DNA of 64,000 bases. It comes from Mobula hypostoma (lineage: Eukaryota). Within the stretch, counting starts at the first letter, position 1. Each line of letters starts with the position of its first letter. The notes under the pieces were generated by a model. The model saw nothing but the letters and a program-made list of their open reading frames with translations, was not told where the DNA came from and ran no database searches. The translations under genes were made by a program, and so were the position numbers. This document shows positions 1-12,752 of the stretch, in pieces. The stretch covers positions 63,056,001 through 63,120,000 of the forward strand of contig NC_086097.1 of NCBI RefSeq assembly GCF_963921235.1. The letters run 5' to 3'.

Positions 1-84
1 ACACCAAAAGTGGTGATGTGGTGAACTCTGAAGAATGCCTAACATTACAAGATCATCAATAAAAACTGGGAAAGTGATCAAAGA
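1..84 (+). mobile_element. CR1 LINE RT fragment (region just after the FADD motif), cut by window edge
   Basis: Reads TKSGDVVNSEECLTLQD..KLGK, resembling the DTKIGG.V.SEE...LQ.DLDRL..W segment of the CR1 copies at 19000 and 33510. Confidence 0.5.
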
Positions 85-876
85 AATCTTTCCTCTAGGT
101 AGGTGACCAAAAGCACACAATACTCCAAATTAGGCCTCACAATGTCTTATACAATTGCAACATAACATCCCATCTCCTGTACTCAGTACTTTAATTTATG
201 AAGACCAATATACCAAAAGCTTTCTTCATGACTCTATTTACATGTGGGGCCACTTTCGATGAAGTTTTGACCTGTATTCCCAGATACCTTTAATTTACCA
301 CACTCCTCAGTGCCCGACTATTTACTCTGTAAGACCTACCCTGATTGGTCCTACCAAAGAACAATTTTTTTATCCCATTTTTCCAGCTGGTCCAGATCCC
401 TCTGCAAGCTCTGCTAGTCTTCCTCTCTATCTACTACACCCCCAGTCTTGGTGTCATCTGCAAGTTTGCTGATCCAGTTAACCACATTATCAGCAGGGCT
501 CGTTCATATAGATAACAAACAACAACAGACCCAGCACCAATCCCTGCAGCACCCCACTAGTCTCAGGCTTCTAGTCAGAGAGGCATCCATCTACTACTAC
601 TCTGCCTTCTCCCACAAAGCCATTGTCTAATGTAATTTAATGGCAAGTGACTGAAACTTCCTGACCAACCTCCCATATGGGACGTTGTCAAGTGCCTTGC
701 TAAGGTCAATATAGAAAACATACACTGCCTTGTTTTCATTCACTTTCCTGGAGTGGTTAGACATAACCCACCACACACAAAGCCATGATGACCATCCCTA
801 ATCAGTCCTTGTCTATCTAAATACTCATATATCCAGTCCCTTAGAATACCTTCCAACAACTTTCCCACTACTGATG
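85..876 (-). mobile_element. Degraded CR1 LINE ORF2 (RT) fragment
   Basis: Similar to the minus-strand CR1 copies at 27500-28320 and 58020-58300 (caatactccaaattaggcctcac, tattcccagat); antisense ANLQMTP corresponds to KFADDT. Confidence 0.85.
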
Positions 877-3800
877 CACTCTTTAGACTCTGGACAAACC
901 TTTCAGCCAAGAAATTTGTAGCTGGCTAGTATTGTGCAGATATAATATGTCTTATTCCCTTCTCTTTCAGAATGACTGAAACTGTTCCACAACAAACTGT
1001 GGTCCGTTGTCTCTGACTAAGTGTGCTGGAACACAAGTCCTTGTGGAGGGAGTTCTCAATCCATCAACAGTGTGCGATCCTTTAGTAGAAACTATTGGGA
1101 ACATTTCTGACCACTTTGTAGCTGCATCCGTTACTACCAAAAATTTGTGGCCTTGAATGGTCCAGCAAAATCCACATGAATCCTCCATCAGAGCAATGTA
1201 GTACAATCCCAGGGATGGAGAGATACTGTCCTTGACATCTTCTAGGTGTGTTGGCATCCCAAACAGTGCACGGCAAGCTGCTTGATCTGCTGATCTATTC
1301 CAGGACACTGCTTCGAGCTTCAAGCATGATTACATTTTGACCATGCCTAGACATCCAGCATGTAGCTCCTCCAACACATTAGCTCTCAGTATGGATGATA
1401 CAACAGCTCTAAATCTAAATCCCCACATAAGGCAACCTTCGTCAAGGGCAAGTTTGTCTCGGTGCTGGTAAAAGTGGGGAATCTGGAGTTTCTACTGTAC
1501 ATTCCAGCTGCTTTGAGTGGCTATGTAGACCTGGAACAGTGTGGGGTACTTTCTGGTTTCCCTTTGGATCATCTCTGTCGTAGTATGGAGACTATCAATT
1601 TTCACTATGGAGAATACATCAAGATGAGTGTTCCTTTTTGTACATTTTTCAGATATTTCCTTTCCCAAGGATAAACGGGACAATCCATCATCATTTCCAT
1701 GACTAGTTGTTCTCTTGAATTCAATCTTGCAATTGTGTCCTCCAAGAAACAGAGTCCATCTCTGTATTCGTGCTGCTACTCTTAGAGGAACAACTTTCTG
1801 TGGATTAAAGTCAGACACTAGTGGTTGATGAACAGTAATGAGGGTAAACTCTCTCCCATACAGGTACTAGTTGAAAAGTTTTACACCCCAAACTAGACTC
1901 AAGGCCTCTCTGTCAACCTATGCGTAATTTTTCTCTGTGACAGTAAAGGTGAATGATACGAAATCTATGTGGCATTCACTTCCATCATTCCTGGCACGTG
2001 GCATGACTGCACCTATACCATATGATGTGACATCACAGGTAAGCTTCTCTAGATGATGTGTATCATACTGTGTGAGCACAGTGCCTGATGTCACTATTTC
2101 ACCTCATACTGCTTTGTCCATTACCATTTCTTCCAGGTCTGCTGAAGTGAAGCATAGTAGTCAAGTTTGGCAGGAACCTATTATAATAACTGGCAATCGT
2201 AAAGAAGACCATTACTGTGAAAAGTCCTTTCACCTTGAGGCATTCAACACTGCTTGAATTTTCTTAGTGTACTTGTGCATCAATGGTGTGACCACAGTAA
2301 GTGATGTTTGGTTTAAAGAATTCACACTTGTTGTGCTGTGCTCTGAGCCACAGTAAAAATATTGTAGATGTTCCTTGTCATCCTTACCGGTAACAATGAT
2401 GTGATTAGGTAACACTGAGTGCCTGGGCATCCTTGCAGCACCTAGTCCATAGCTTTGTACCAGAGTGCAGCTGCAGATTCTACTCCAAATATAAGCCTAT
2501 TATGGTGGAAAAGCATTTTGTGTTTAGGGTGAGAAACACTTTGGATACTTTATCCATCTACATCTGTAAGTAGGCCACTCTTCTGAATGGTTTCCCTCCA
2601 GAAAGGTTTACAAAGATATCCTCTATCCTGAGCAGAGAGTATTGATCTACTTTCAGTACTGGGTTGATGGTGACCTTAAAGTTACCACAGATCCTGACAG
2701 ACTCATCCTTCTTGACTACTGGAACCACTAGAGTTACCCATGGGCTCCACTCAGCCCTGGAAAGAATTCCTTCAGCCTCCATGCGATCTTGTTCTCTGGC
2801 TGCTTTATCACTGGTGGAATAAAGAACCAGACAAGCTTTGTAAAACTTGGGTGTGGCATTTTCATTTAACACTATTTTACCATTAATATGTTTTGAGTTT
2901 TCCATTTCCATCTTTGAACATTTCTGTGGCATTATTCAGTATCTTTCTTAATTCATTTTCAGTTGACTCTATTGCGGGAGATACGTCATGCAGATGGTGG
3001 ATGGATCTCCGATCAAGTTGTAGTTGTCTCAGCCTTACACAGCCCCACAATGCTGGCCCTCACATTAGGGTTTTTACCACATAGAAGCACAATGTGGATT
3101 GTTAGTTGTATTTCACTGTTAAGAATGGCATTCCCACAGGAGTTTTCTTTTCTCCAGTATCATTTCTTAGTTGGATATCTGCAAGCTTCAGTTCAGTATC
3201 TTTGAAATGCCATTCAAATTCATTTTGTGGAATGACTGAAACAGCCAAACTAGAGTCCAATTACATTTTAATTAATTTGCCATTCACTTCTGCTGTAAGG
3301 CATATTGCTTGTCAATTGATAGTTTTTACATTGTAACTCTCAAGTCTAGCGAGTCCTGTATCAATCTGATCAGTATCAGATTTTTCATCAGCAGCATGCA
3401 GATTAGTGCTCTTTTGGAAAATGCAATTTGACTCTATCTTTTTGTCTTCCCTGTGCAGTCCATTTATTTTTGTCTGCCCGACATGCTTTTTGAACGTGTC
3501 CTTTTTTTTTGCAGTTTCTACAAGTTTCACATTTAAACTTGCATTAGTCTGGTATACGTGAGCCCCTGCCACAACAATAACACAATTTACTTGACCAGAC
3601 CATTTCTGTTTAGATTTTGCAATTTCTTTCACGCTCACTTTCATTCCTGATAGCAACTGAATTGCATCTTTGGCTGCTGTTTCCATTGATACAGTTATTT
3701 CAACAGCTCTTTTAAATGTAAGTGCTGCTTCACTAAGGAACCTTTTGTCATGAGATGCCCCCAAAAGCACCATCTTCTGGGATTTAGATGCTCAAGCTTC

Positions 3801-4926
3801 CTGAAGTACGGATGCTGAAGCGGCCACTTTAAAAGTTCAGGATGGTCCCACTAATTGATAATCATGCTTCGAGAACCAAGAATTAAGGAACACCTGAACT
3901 CAATTATAAGCCTACTAGTGATATCATCTAGCTTTTGTTTGGTGCTCAGATCCAGTTTGATACCATGTCTCGAACCTCGCTTCAGATCCCCAGCATTGAC
4001 CATCCTCGTCAAGGACTCTCATCACACCTTTTTTGAATGCGTTCTTGTAAAATTCCACAAACTAAATGATCTCTCAGTGCACTGACAATGCTCAGATAAT
4101 TTCTGCAATTTAGCCAAGTGAGCTGAAATGAACTCTTCTGCTTTTTGATTCCGCTTATGAAACCTGAAGCATTCTGCAATCAGCAACGATTTTGTCTCTA
4201 TATGTTCCTGCATTAAGTTCATGATATCAGCAAAGCTCATTCCAGCTGTCTTGATTGGAACAGTTGAACCTCTAAGCAAACCGTATGCTCTCTACCAATT
4301 TCACTCAGCAAAACTGGCAATTTGTTTCTCATCAGCTATTCCATTTGCTTTAAAGTACTGCTCAATTTGTTCAGTATATATAACCCAGTTATCTTTTATG
4401 CAATTGAATCTTTTGTGCTCTCTTTTCAAGGTAGCCTTCCATTTCTGCTTTTTTTTAAGTGACTACTATCAACCAGTACTCACTCCTAATGAACTGGTGA
4501 ACTTCGTCCATTTTCTGCCTTTTTTTAAGTCGGCCGTCTCTCTCCCCTCTGAAGAAAAAAACATGCCATGCTTTTCTCAAATTCCAATGTCTCTCTCTCT
4601 CTCTCTCCATCCTCCAAGGAGAAATAGTATGACACGCTTTAACAGATAGGTTGTCATTTTCAGTTCATTTTAAATCTTCATCACCACTGTTATGTTTTGT
4701 AACTGCACAAACTAATGAAAAGAAAAACACGAGAACCAGGAATAAATGTGTCTATTTCATTTTATTTTAGTGAGGCACACACACTTATGACATGTTGACG
4801 TAATGATGCTATTTACATACCTTTGCATATAATCCATAATGAATTATATAAACAACAAGGAATGCTTAATCAAACAATATATTTACAATATTACTCAAAT
4901 ATTACTGAAATATTAAGTACAGAACA
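877..4926 (-). mobile_element. Gypsy LTR retrotransposon copy 1 (5' LTR, gag, PR, RT, RNase H, partial IN), pseudogenised and 3'-truncated
   Basis: ORF fragments: gag LLIAECFRFHKRNQ; RT PVVKKDESVRICGNFKVTINP; RNase H/linker AARIQRWTLFL; integrase LVVTDAATKWSE and LVRDNGPQF; order RT-RH-IN. Confidence 0.92.
4688..4926 (-). repeat. 5' LTR of Gypsy copy 1 (239 bp)
   Basis: TG...CA termini; reverse complement matches the LTRs at 11501-11731 and 22887-23136; followed on the minus strand by PBS-like GTGGTGATGAAG. Confidence 0.9.
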
Positions 4927-4929
4927 GAA

Positions 4930-5355
4930 ATCAAATCGAGGATGCAGGGAGCTAATCTTAGAAAAGATGACTTCCAATAGATTTATTGTAGACAACATGA
5001 AGGCAGATACCAGTGATGAACCATGATGGGGAAAATCCTTGGGAGAGTTTAATCTTGGAGAGAATGTGGAAATGCAAGCAAGTAGTAATGTAAATAGAAC
5101 AGCTGAGTTTTTAACTTAGTCATAGAAAGGTCCATGAGTTCCTTACGTATGTGGGAAGCAGAAAGAAAGAGTTTAAGAAGATTATAGAAAGTGGAATTAA
5201 GGATTTGTCTTTGCCATGGAGCAGTGAATAGGTTCAGCAAATGAGATTGGAGCTTGAGATAGTCTAACAAGGCCTTGCAATTAATGACCTAATCAGTTGT
5301 TCTCCATGAACCTCAGCATCAATATATCTTAAGCGAGTATGGGTGTGGTTTCCAT
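4930..5355 (-). mobile_element. Possible highly degraded Penelope-like RT fragment
   Basis: Weak motif echoes (LLNLFT.P, ELMDLS, VVYNKS); adjoins a Penelope-type repeat. Confidence 0.25.
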
Positions 5356-5357
5356 AA

Positions 5358-5545
5358 ACACAAAAGGTTCTGCAAACGTAGTGGAACTCACAGAGAGTGT
5401 GGGAGGAACTCAGAAAGTCAGGCAGAATGAATGGAAGGGAATAAACAGTTGACATTTCAGACCAAGATGAAGAGCCCAAAATATCAACAGTTTATTCACC
5501 TCCATAGATGCTGAGTTCATTCAGCACCTTGTGTGTGTTGCTCTG
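5358..5545. repeat. Penelope-derived palindromic (head-to-head) short repeat
   Basis: ggaggaactcag...ataaacagttgac mirrored by atcaacagtttatt...ctgagttc...gtgtgt; same family as the 3' end of the Penelope at 60470-60585. Confidence 0.75.
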
Positions 5546-6119
5546 AGATGTGTTTTTAATAGGTGGTAAAATCAGCTCGAGAAAGAGTGATGTTCACTTC
5601 AGGATCAATATCCATAATTACTGCCACACCCATCTAACTGTATGTCATTTTTTTATGGGTGATTGATAAAAAATAACCTTTACACACTCAAACTAGAAGC
5701 CAATTGGTCAAGCAGGCGATGTCATGACTGGAGATGAGCAATGAATGCTTCAATGTCTGCTACTTTCTCTGTGCGTATATTGCTTTAGAGTATTTTGTGT
5801 CAGAATTTGAAAGAAATCTTAATTTATTTTTACTCCCTCATGTTTTACTTTGACACAACAAGATTAACTAAAGTCGGAAGTCATCAGTTAAAAATTGTAA
5901 CAATCCGCCGCTTGATAATACTGGGAGAGAGCCATTAGCATTCAATGAGACATTAGTTTTAATTAAAAAAGCAAGGGTGATTTTGATAGTTCAGGTAGAG
6001 TACATCCATAGAAGCAAAACATGTTCTATATTTATAACTCCATTAAAATTGAGAACAGAGGAAATTACCTCTTAGCTTAATACGGTGAAAAACTTAACTA
6101 AGCAGATTCACAAATGGCA

Positions 6120-6345
6120 TCTGCTTGAGCCCAGCATCCAGCCAAAACCTAACACTGATCTTCTCAATAGCTGCCTTCCCCAATGATATCTGCATCCCCT
6201 CCAAAGTCAAATATATCTCATCCTCTTCTCCCATTATAGACACACTGCCTCTACTGATGATGGTCTACCCTCTGAAAATACAGTGCCCATGGTGCTCGAT
6301 CTGTATGGCGGGGGGGAGAGGAGTGCGAGTATGGAAACAATAATA
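6120..6345 (-). mobile_element. Probable distal fragment of a Tx1/L1-clade LINE
   Basis: Weak resemblance to a Tx1-type ORF2 C-terminus; same strand as and downstream of the 7146-8590 element. Confidence 0.3.
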
Positions 6346-6689
6346 GTGAAATGGAAGAGATAACCAAGCATATTTCTCATCTCAATAACTTCAATTCCCT
6401 GACACTGCAACAGAACGGATAGTTTTAAAACTGATGAATTCATTTGTTGCGCCAGAAACTAATAGACCTTTATTGTTACCAAGAGGATGATTTCCCTTAT
6501 AGTAAAGACAACTTCAAGCAAACGCTCTTTAGATCAACTAACACCATTCATAATTGGACCTCTTTTCATTAAACAAGTGGATCAGCAAAGTATCATAATC
6601 AATTTGTATCTTGAGAATAATCAGTACATCTGTCAATACAACACGTACAAGCCAACATTTTGAAAACACAATGCAATATTTATTTAAAA

Positions 6690-7145
6690 GGCAGTTGTGG
6701 GAAGATCTCTTAGTGCCAGGAAATGGTTTGAGGGAAGGGAGGATGAGACTGGCCCAATGTCTACAGCACCTAATCCATGGGATTTTCAAGGGATAGTGCA
6801 GATAGTGCGGAGTACTCCTGTGGCCATTCCCCTCAATAACAAATATAACTTTGGATACTGTTGGAGAGGTGTGTAACTTATTGGGGATAAATGCCACCAT
6901 GGGGTCTTTGGCACTGAGTCCAGCTCTGTGTCCAGAAGGGAAAGTGGGGAGAAGAGAACAGCGGTGGTGAAAAGAGATTCAATAGTTAGGGGAACAAACA
7001 GATTTTGTGGACATGAAAGAGACTTCCAGATGATGAAGGGTCTCAGCCCAAAATGTCAACTGTTAATTCCTCTCTATAAATGCTGCCTGACCTGCTGAGT
7101 TCCTCCAGCACTTGTTTGTGTTGCCCCAGATGGTATGTTGCCAGA
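6690..7145 (+). mobile_element. CR1 ORF1 (esterase-type) fragment
   Basis: cctgtggccattcccctcaataacaaat matches CR1-A 12975 (PVAVPLNNKY); gattcaatagttagg matches the GDSIV block. Confidence 0.7.
7033..7125 (+). mobile_element. 93-bp Penelope-derived insertion carrying a hammerhead relic
   Basis: Flanked by CCAGATG at 7026-7032 and 7126-7132; interrupts the CR1 ORF1 fragment. Confidence 0.8.
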
Positions 7146-8590
7146 CGGTCCCTGGACTGCAGTCCTTCCCCACAGAGACTGACCCTTGTTTCCACCGAGC
7201 TTCAGCGCATTCCTCAGTAAAATTCTTCCACTACCTTCCAGACAATTCGCAGCTCTGGAAGAGCAACAACCTTCGGGCAAACCAAAAGGCATCTTTCACA
7301 GGTTTATGACAAACAGCTGCACTTACTGCAAATCCAAAGTCTGTGAAGAGGTGAGTGACCATCTTTTCCCCACCACAGCCTCCTCGAGCGCAGTGGGCTT
7401 CGGGGATGATGCATCACCTACATGGGAAGTTATATGACTATGCGGACCCTTTTCTCTGCCAACAAAGCAATGCCTTTGTGCTTGTTAGTGAGATCTGATG
7501 ATGAAATGTTGTGCCAAATGGTTTGGACAGTATCCTCTGGGACCCACCCCACCATACCCTTTGTGTCCCAGTCCCATATTATTTGCAGGACAGTCTACTC
7601 TGAACACTACCTGATGGACTTTTAGTCAAAGGAATGAGATAGGAAGTACTCTTCCATAAAGGACAGGTAGTGTGGCAATGTGGTGTTGCGCCGTAGAGGG
7701 ATCAGACCTATCTTCTCCAACACCAGTCAAAAGTAGAAACTTAGCATATACGGACACCCACCTACTTTAGGTCCATACACCAACTGATATAGCCACATAC
7801 AAAGGTGGTCTTCAAGATCCAGGCAACATTGGATATTCATTTGACTCTTTCTGGGGCCTTTTGCAATGTGACCCAATGGACTCGCTTCATCTTGGATCCC
7901 CAGATGAACTGAAAGACATCTCAGGTGGTGACAAAGTCAGAAGAGCTTAGCACAGATATCAAGTACCACAGCCTAAAGAGCATATCACACCTGACAACCT
8001 ATTTCTTCTCAGCTGGTGACAGAGAACAACATTTCCAAAGCTTAATTTTTTTTTTTACCTTCCCCATGTGCTCCAGACAATTCCTGTAACATACAGTACC
8101 TCAGCCTCCCTGAACCAGATCTCCAGCACCTTCAGGTAGTCAGGCCTGATGGTGAAAGGGACATTGGATCAGTCAGGCCAGTTACTGAAGAGCATGGCCT
8201 TGCTCTTTCTGTGGTTGACTCTGACCCCAGATGCCAGCTCAATCTGATCAATCTGCGAACTGACCGAGGATCTGAGTAGAAGACAGCATCAACATCCATG
8301 TATTGAGAGGCTTTGTGTTGTGAGTCCCCATTGACTGGCAACACACCCCTCCTTTCCTCACTTTCTTCCTGGTGAATACAGCCAAGGGTTCAATACAGAC
8401 ACAAACAAGACAGGGCAGAGTGAACAACCCTGTATGATCCCAGACTCAAATGGAAAACTGTCAGTGTCCCACCCATTAATTTGGACAATACAATGGATAT
8501 CTGTAAAGAGCAATTGAATCCAAATTCTGATTTCCTAAACAAAATATATTTTGGGGAATATGACATGCAGGCATTCTCCTAGAAACCACA
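7146..8590 (-). mobile_element. Tx1/L1-clade LINE ORF2 (RT) fragment, degraded
   Basis: Minus translation VQINGWDTDSFPFESGIIQGCSLCPVLFV (QGCPLSP block), then KASQYMDVDAVFYSDPRSV (YMDD block). Confidence 0.7.
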
Positions 8591-8921
8591 AAATCAAAGT
8601 ACATTAAATTTTTATACCCTTAAGATCAAAGGTAACTACAGTTGATTCACTATAATTTTGATAGCTACAATAGCATGTTTATTTCAAAATTCTGTCTGAC
8701 AATTTCACTCAGTTACATATCTACAATGGGAGACATCACAGAATGTCTGAAATCTTTGAAAGTTCACTGAAACCAATAACCCTGCCAATAATAGTGATAT
8801 ACTCCACCCTCTGGATTATAATAAAAGAATTCTCTGTCATTTAATTATTTATTGCCGTGCTTGTCCATCAATAGTAACTCGAAAGCTTTTGCTCTCATAT
8901 CAAGGTGTTTTCAAACACGAC

Positions 8922-9145
8922 ACATTATAAGACATTCTGCAGATGCTGGAAATTCAGAGCGACGCACACAAAGTGCCGGAGGAACTCAGCTGCTTAGGCA
9001 GCTCCTGTGGAGCGGAATAAGGAGTTGATAGTTCGGGCCAAGACCCTTTTCTGATGCAGGGTCTTGGCCCAAAACATAGACAGCTTAATCCCCTCCATAG
9101 ATACTGCCTGACCTGCTGAGTTCCTCCAGCACTTTGTGTATGTCT
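8922..9145. repeat. Penelope-derived palindromic short repeat
   Basis: cacacaaagtgccggaggaactcagc...gggccaagaccct mirrored by agggtcttggccc...gctgagttcctccagcactttgtgt; arms about 80 bp. Confidence 0.85.
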
Positions 9146-11307
9146 GCAAATATGTAGGTAATGTCAAAACAAGGGATTACAATACTGCTTTTACAAGAGT
9201 ATCCATCTTTGTTTCATTAATGTCATTCAGAGCTCATTTAACAAACCAACATTTAACACTAAAGTGAATGTCTTATTTTAAACCCTCATCAATATTTTGT
9301 GAAATGAATGCCTGTCCTTGTCATGTTTATTTAAATAAAGTACAATCTATTTAATCTGAGAAGAATTGTTTGACAATTTCCTTGCTTGATTTTTCACTGC
9401 TGTTGTCACTATGACTGAATGTAAACATGTGAATGAAAGACTAATGATGTGACTAATTATAACTGTTAGTTTGATCAATCTCTTCCTTTCTAGTTGCTTT
9501 GCTATGCTATTAAAGATATCATGATTAAACAACTTTTCATTTCAGAAATAATCCAATTCTAAAATAACAAATTTATCAAACCTATTAGACCATAGTGTCA
9601 GTTTTCCAATTTCCAATATAGAACAAGCTTTAAACCAACTTCATTGCATCTCCAAACCATAATACAGTATGTTTTCAAACATTGTCATCAGCTCTTTTCC
9701 AGGAGTTTTTATAAACAATCCAGACTGAAAATTATAAAATACTTTTAAGTAAATTCATTGAGAACTGTAGAAAAGAGATAGAACCATCCCGAAGGAAGTG
9801 CCATCCCAGACAAAGCACTGAACTGGGATAAAAATAAGATGCAAATGAAACATAAGTTCACACAAGTATTGGACCATGGGTTTTTGACAAGTTCATCTAG
9901 TACAGCATTCCTAGTAGAGAGCAGTTTTGTGCTTTTTACCCTTTGTGCAAGATGGTGAGCAAAATATAATAACAATATAAGAACATTTCTTCTGTGGTCT
10001 GCCTTCATTTTTATCTGCAGCTTCATGAATGTGGAAGATTTTGGCCAACTGGGTCAGGTAAATACTTTTGCGAGACTAGAATTGTGTGTCTGTATTGCTT
10101 AATGCAGAGAATTGTGGTACCATCCTTTAGCCTACTGCTATAAACACAAGACTACATGGCGCTGCCCTTTGGCCTACTGCTGTACACCACAAGGCTACAT
10201 GATTCAATTGTGGAAGAAAGTTCCGAATAATGGGTTAAAATATCTGAGTTGTCAATACCCTCGCTCCTTCCTTTGATTAGCAATATGCCTACTGCTGATC
10301 TTAATACAGCAGCGTAAACAAGATGGAGGCAGTGAAGGTCATTAATTGTAGGGAGGACTCTGTGGGCTGTCAAGTTTCTGACAATTAAACAGTGTGTATG
10401 ATTTTCCTTCACCTGTCTGTTACTAACATATAAAACAAATTATACTTCTGTACTTTAACGACTTAGTGGATCTAACAATTTAATGAACTTTCTTTATATC
10501 ATAAAGACTCACTACTTGACTGGATTCTCAGCAGGCTTGCAGTGATCTATCTTAGTTTCAAGGATGTTCTGACAACTTATCTCTGTGTGTTGTGGTCGAA
10601 AAAGATACTGTGTCTGGCATTTTCAAGAGAATTGTTAGGAAGCACAGAATTGACTTTTTTAACTTCGATTGATGTAATTGACTTTCTGTGTGCATGTATA
10701 AAAATGGCTGTGACTATCGTTCTTTGGGAGACTTGACAATCCCACCGTTAGTGAGTCATTCAGCCCTTATTCATGAATAAAGTTAGTTACTTTGAAGTCC
10801 ATGTCCAATTTATTAGTGACAAACTTTAATTGAAATTCCTTAACAAATTAATTTCCCTAGCAATGAATTAACCCAAGTTTAGCCCTGTCTGGCAGACCTC
10901 GACACAGGAGCACTGACCACATCACAGTCGTAAAAGTGCAGAAGAGATAGACCAACCACTTTAACAACACCAGAACACCAAACTAAGCAAATCCATCAAG
11001 TAAACAAACTAACTGAAGCAAATATTTAACCAACTTAAATATATAATTAGGACATAAAGTTTCAACTGAAGGTAATTTTGTTCAAAAAGTAGTTGTTAAA
11101 TATACCTTTAAAACATGTATCATCCTTTACCTGTACTTCATTCACGGAATAGATGGATATGCAGTTGTTTCTAACTGAAATAAAAGAAGCACTGAAAATA
11201 TGGTCAATGCTAATAAATAACTGTCATTGTGAATCAGCTGACTGAAACAAGGCTCATATTAAATTCTGCAGAAACAAAGTGATGGTTTTAATATTTTGTT
11301 TTCAATC

Positions 11308-11500
11308 CACACTTTTTGGTCACTTTATTAGGTACATCTGTACACTGCTTGTTAATGCAAATATCTAATCAGCCGTTCGTGTGGCAGCAACTCAGTGCAT
11401 AAAAACATGCAGACATGGTCAAGAAGTTCAGCAGTTTTTTCAGATTAAACGTGAGAATGGGGAAGAAATATGATCTAAGTGACTGCTTATGGAATGATTA
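11308..11500 (+). mobile_element. Tc1/mariner-type non-autonomous element, left part
   Basis: TIR-like cact..tggtcactttattaggtac, then a transposase N-terminal remnant (atggggaagaaatatgatcta, MGKKYDL); continues at 23137. Confidence 0.7.
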
Positions 11501-11731
11501 TGTTGTGTATTTAATATTTCAGTAATATTTAAGTGATATTGTAAATATATTGTTTGATTAAGCATTCTTCGTTGTTTACATAATTCATGATGGGTGATAT
11601 GTAAGAAGTACATGACTGACATACATCACTACACAACCACATCATATCTGAGCACCTCACTGGTAAAACTAAGCAGCCACATTATTCCCACCTCCCATGT
11701 TTTCCTTTTGATTAATTTCTGAAGTTGAACA
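11501..11731 (+). repeat. 5' LTR of Gypsy copy 2
   Basis: TGTTGTG...GAACA followed by degenerate PBS gaggcggcga. Confidence 0.9.
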
Positions 11732-12752
11732 GAGGCGGCGAATAAGTTTTGAAATGAACCTGATGACTACCTGCTAGTTGAAGCCCTGAACTTTTTTTTC
11801 TTCAGAAGATGAGGAAGATATTTAAGTTTAAAAAATGCACAGCACGTGTTTCTTCAGAAGGAGGAGTGGGAATAGATGGTCAAGTTTAAAAAAAGGCGGA
11901 AAACAGAGAAAAACTATAGATTAATCAGCAGTGAGTATCAGGTGATAATAATCAAAAATTTAAAAATAAAGCAGAATTGGCTGGCTATAATACATCAGAA
12001 AGATAGATGCATTCAATTGCACAAGGGATAACTGGTTGACGTATACGGAACAATTTGAGCAGCATTTTGAAGCTAATGAAATAGGCAATGAAAAGTGAGT
12101 GCCAATGTTACTGAGTGCAATAGGAGGAAAACCATACAGCTTGCTTAGAAGTTTAACTGCTCCAACCAAACCAGCTGAAATTAGCTTTACTGACATCATG
12201 AAAGTAATGCAAGAACACGTAGAACCAAAACCATTATTGATTGCAGAATCAAAATGCAGGGGAGTGCGTTTCAGCTCTGCTGGCTAAAATGAAGAAATTA
12301 TCTGAGCATTTTAAGTTCAGTGATGGGCTTAATGATACACTGAGAGATTGTTTAGTTTGTGGAATACTACCAGAAAGCATTCAAAAAGGTTCCTAACTGA
12401 AGCACAGCTCATATTTAAAAGAACAGTTGAAATCAGTGTATCTTCAGCGGTTTGATCGAGGCACAACTGTGCAAGCATGTGGACGTCAGCCAGTCAGAGC
12501 AGGGAGAAGAGTTTAAAAGGAGACGGTTATTTCTTCAGCAGTTTGATCGAGGCACAACTGCGCAAGCGCGTGGATGTCATCCAGTTAGAACAGCGAGAAG
12601 AGTTTAAAAGGAGATAGCTTTATAGAGCAGGCATAACAGGAGCAAGTGACAGAGCAGAGGGAGACAGAGTAGGAGGGCTTTGGTGCAACGTGGCTTCAGT
12701 GATAACCAGTCGAGGCGAGGTAGGTTGCTTGTTTAGACTACAGACAGGAAGT

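Noticed and set aside
9745..10412. Minus-strand ORFs of 93 and 86 aa
   Set aside because: No domain resemblance; lengths are compatible with chance
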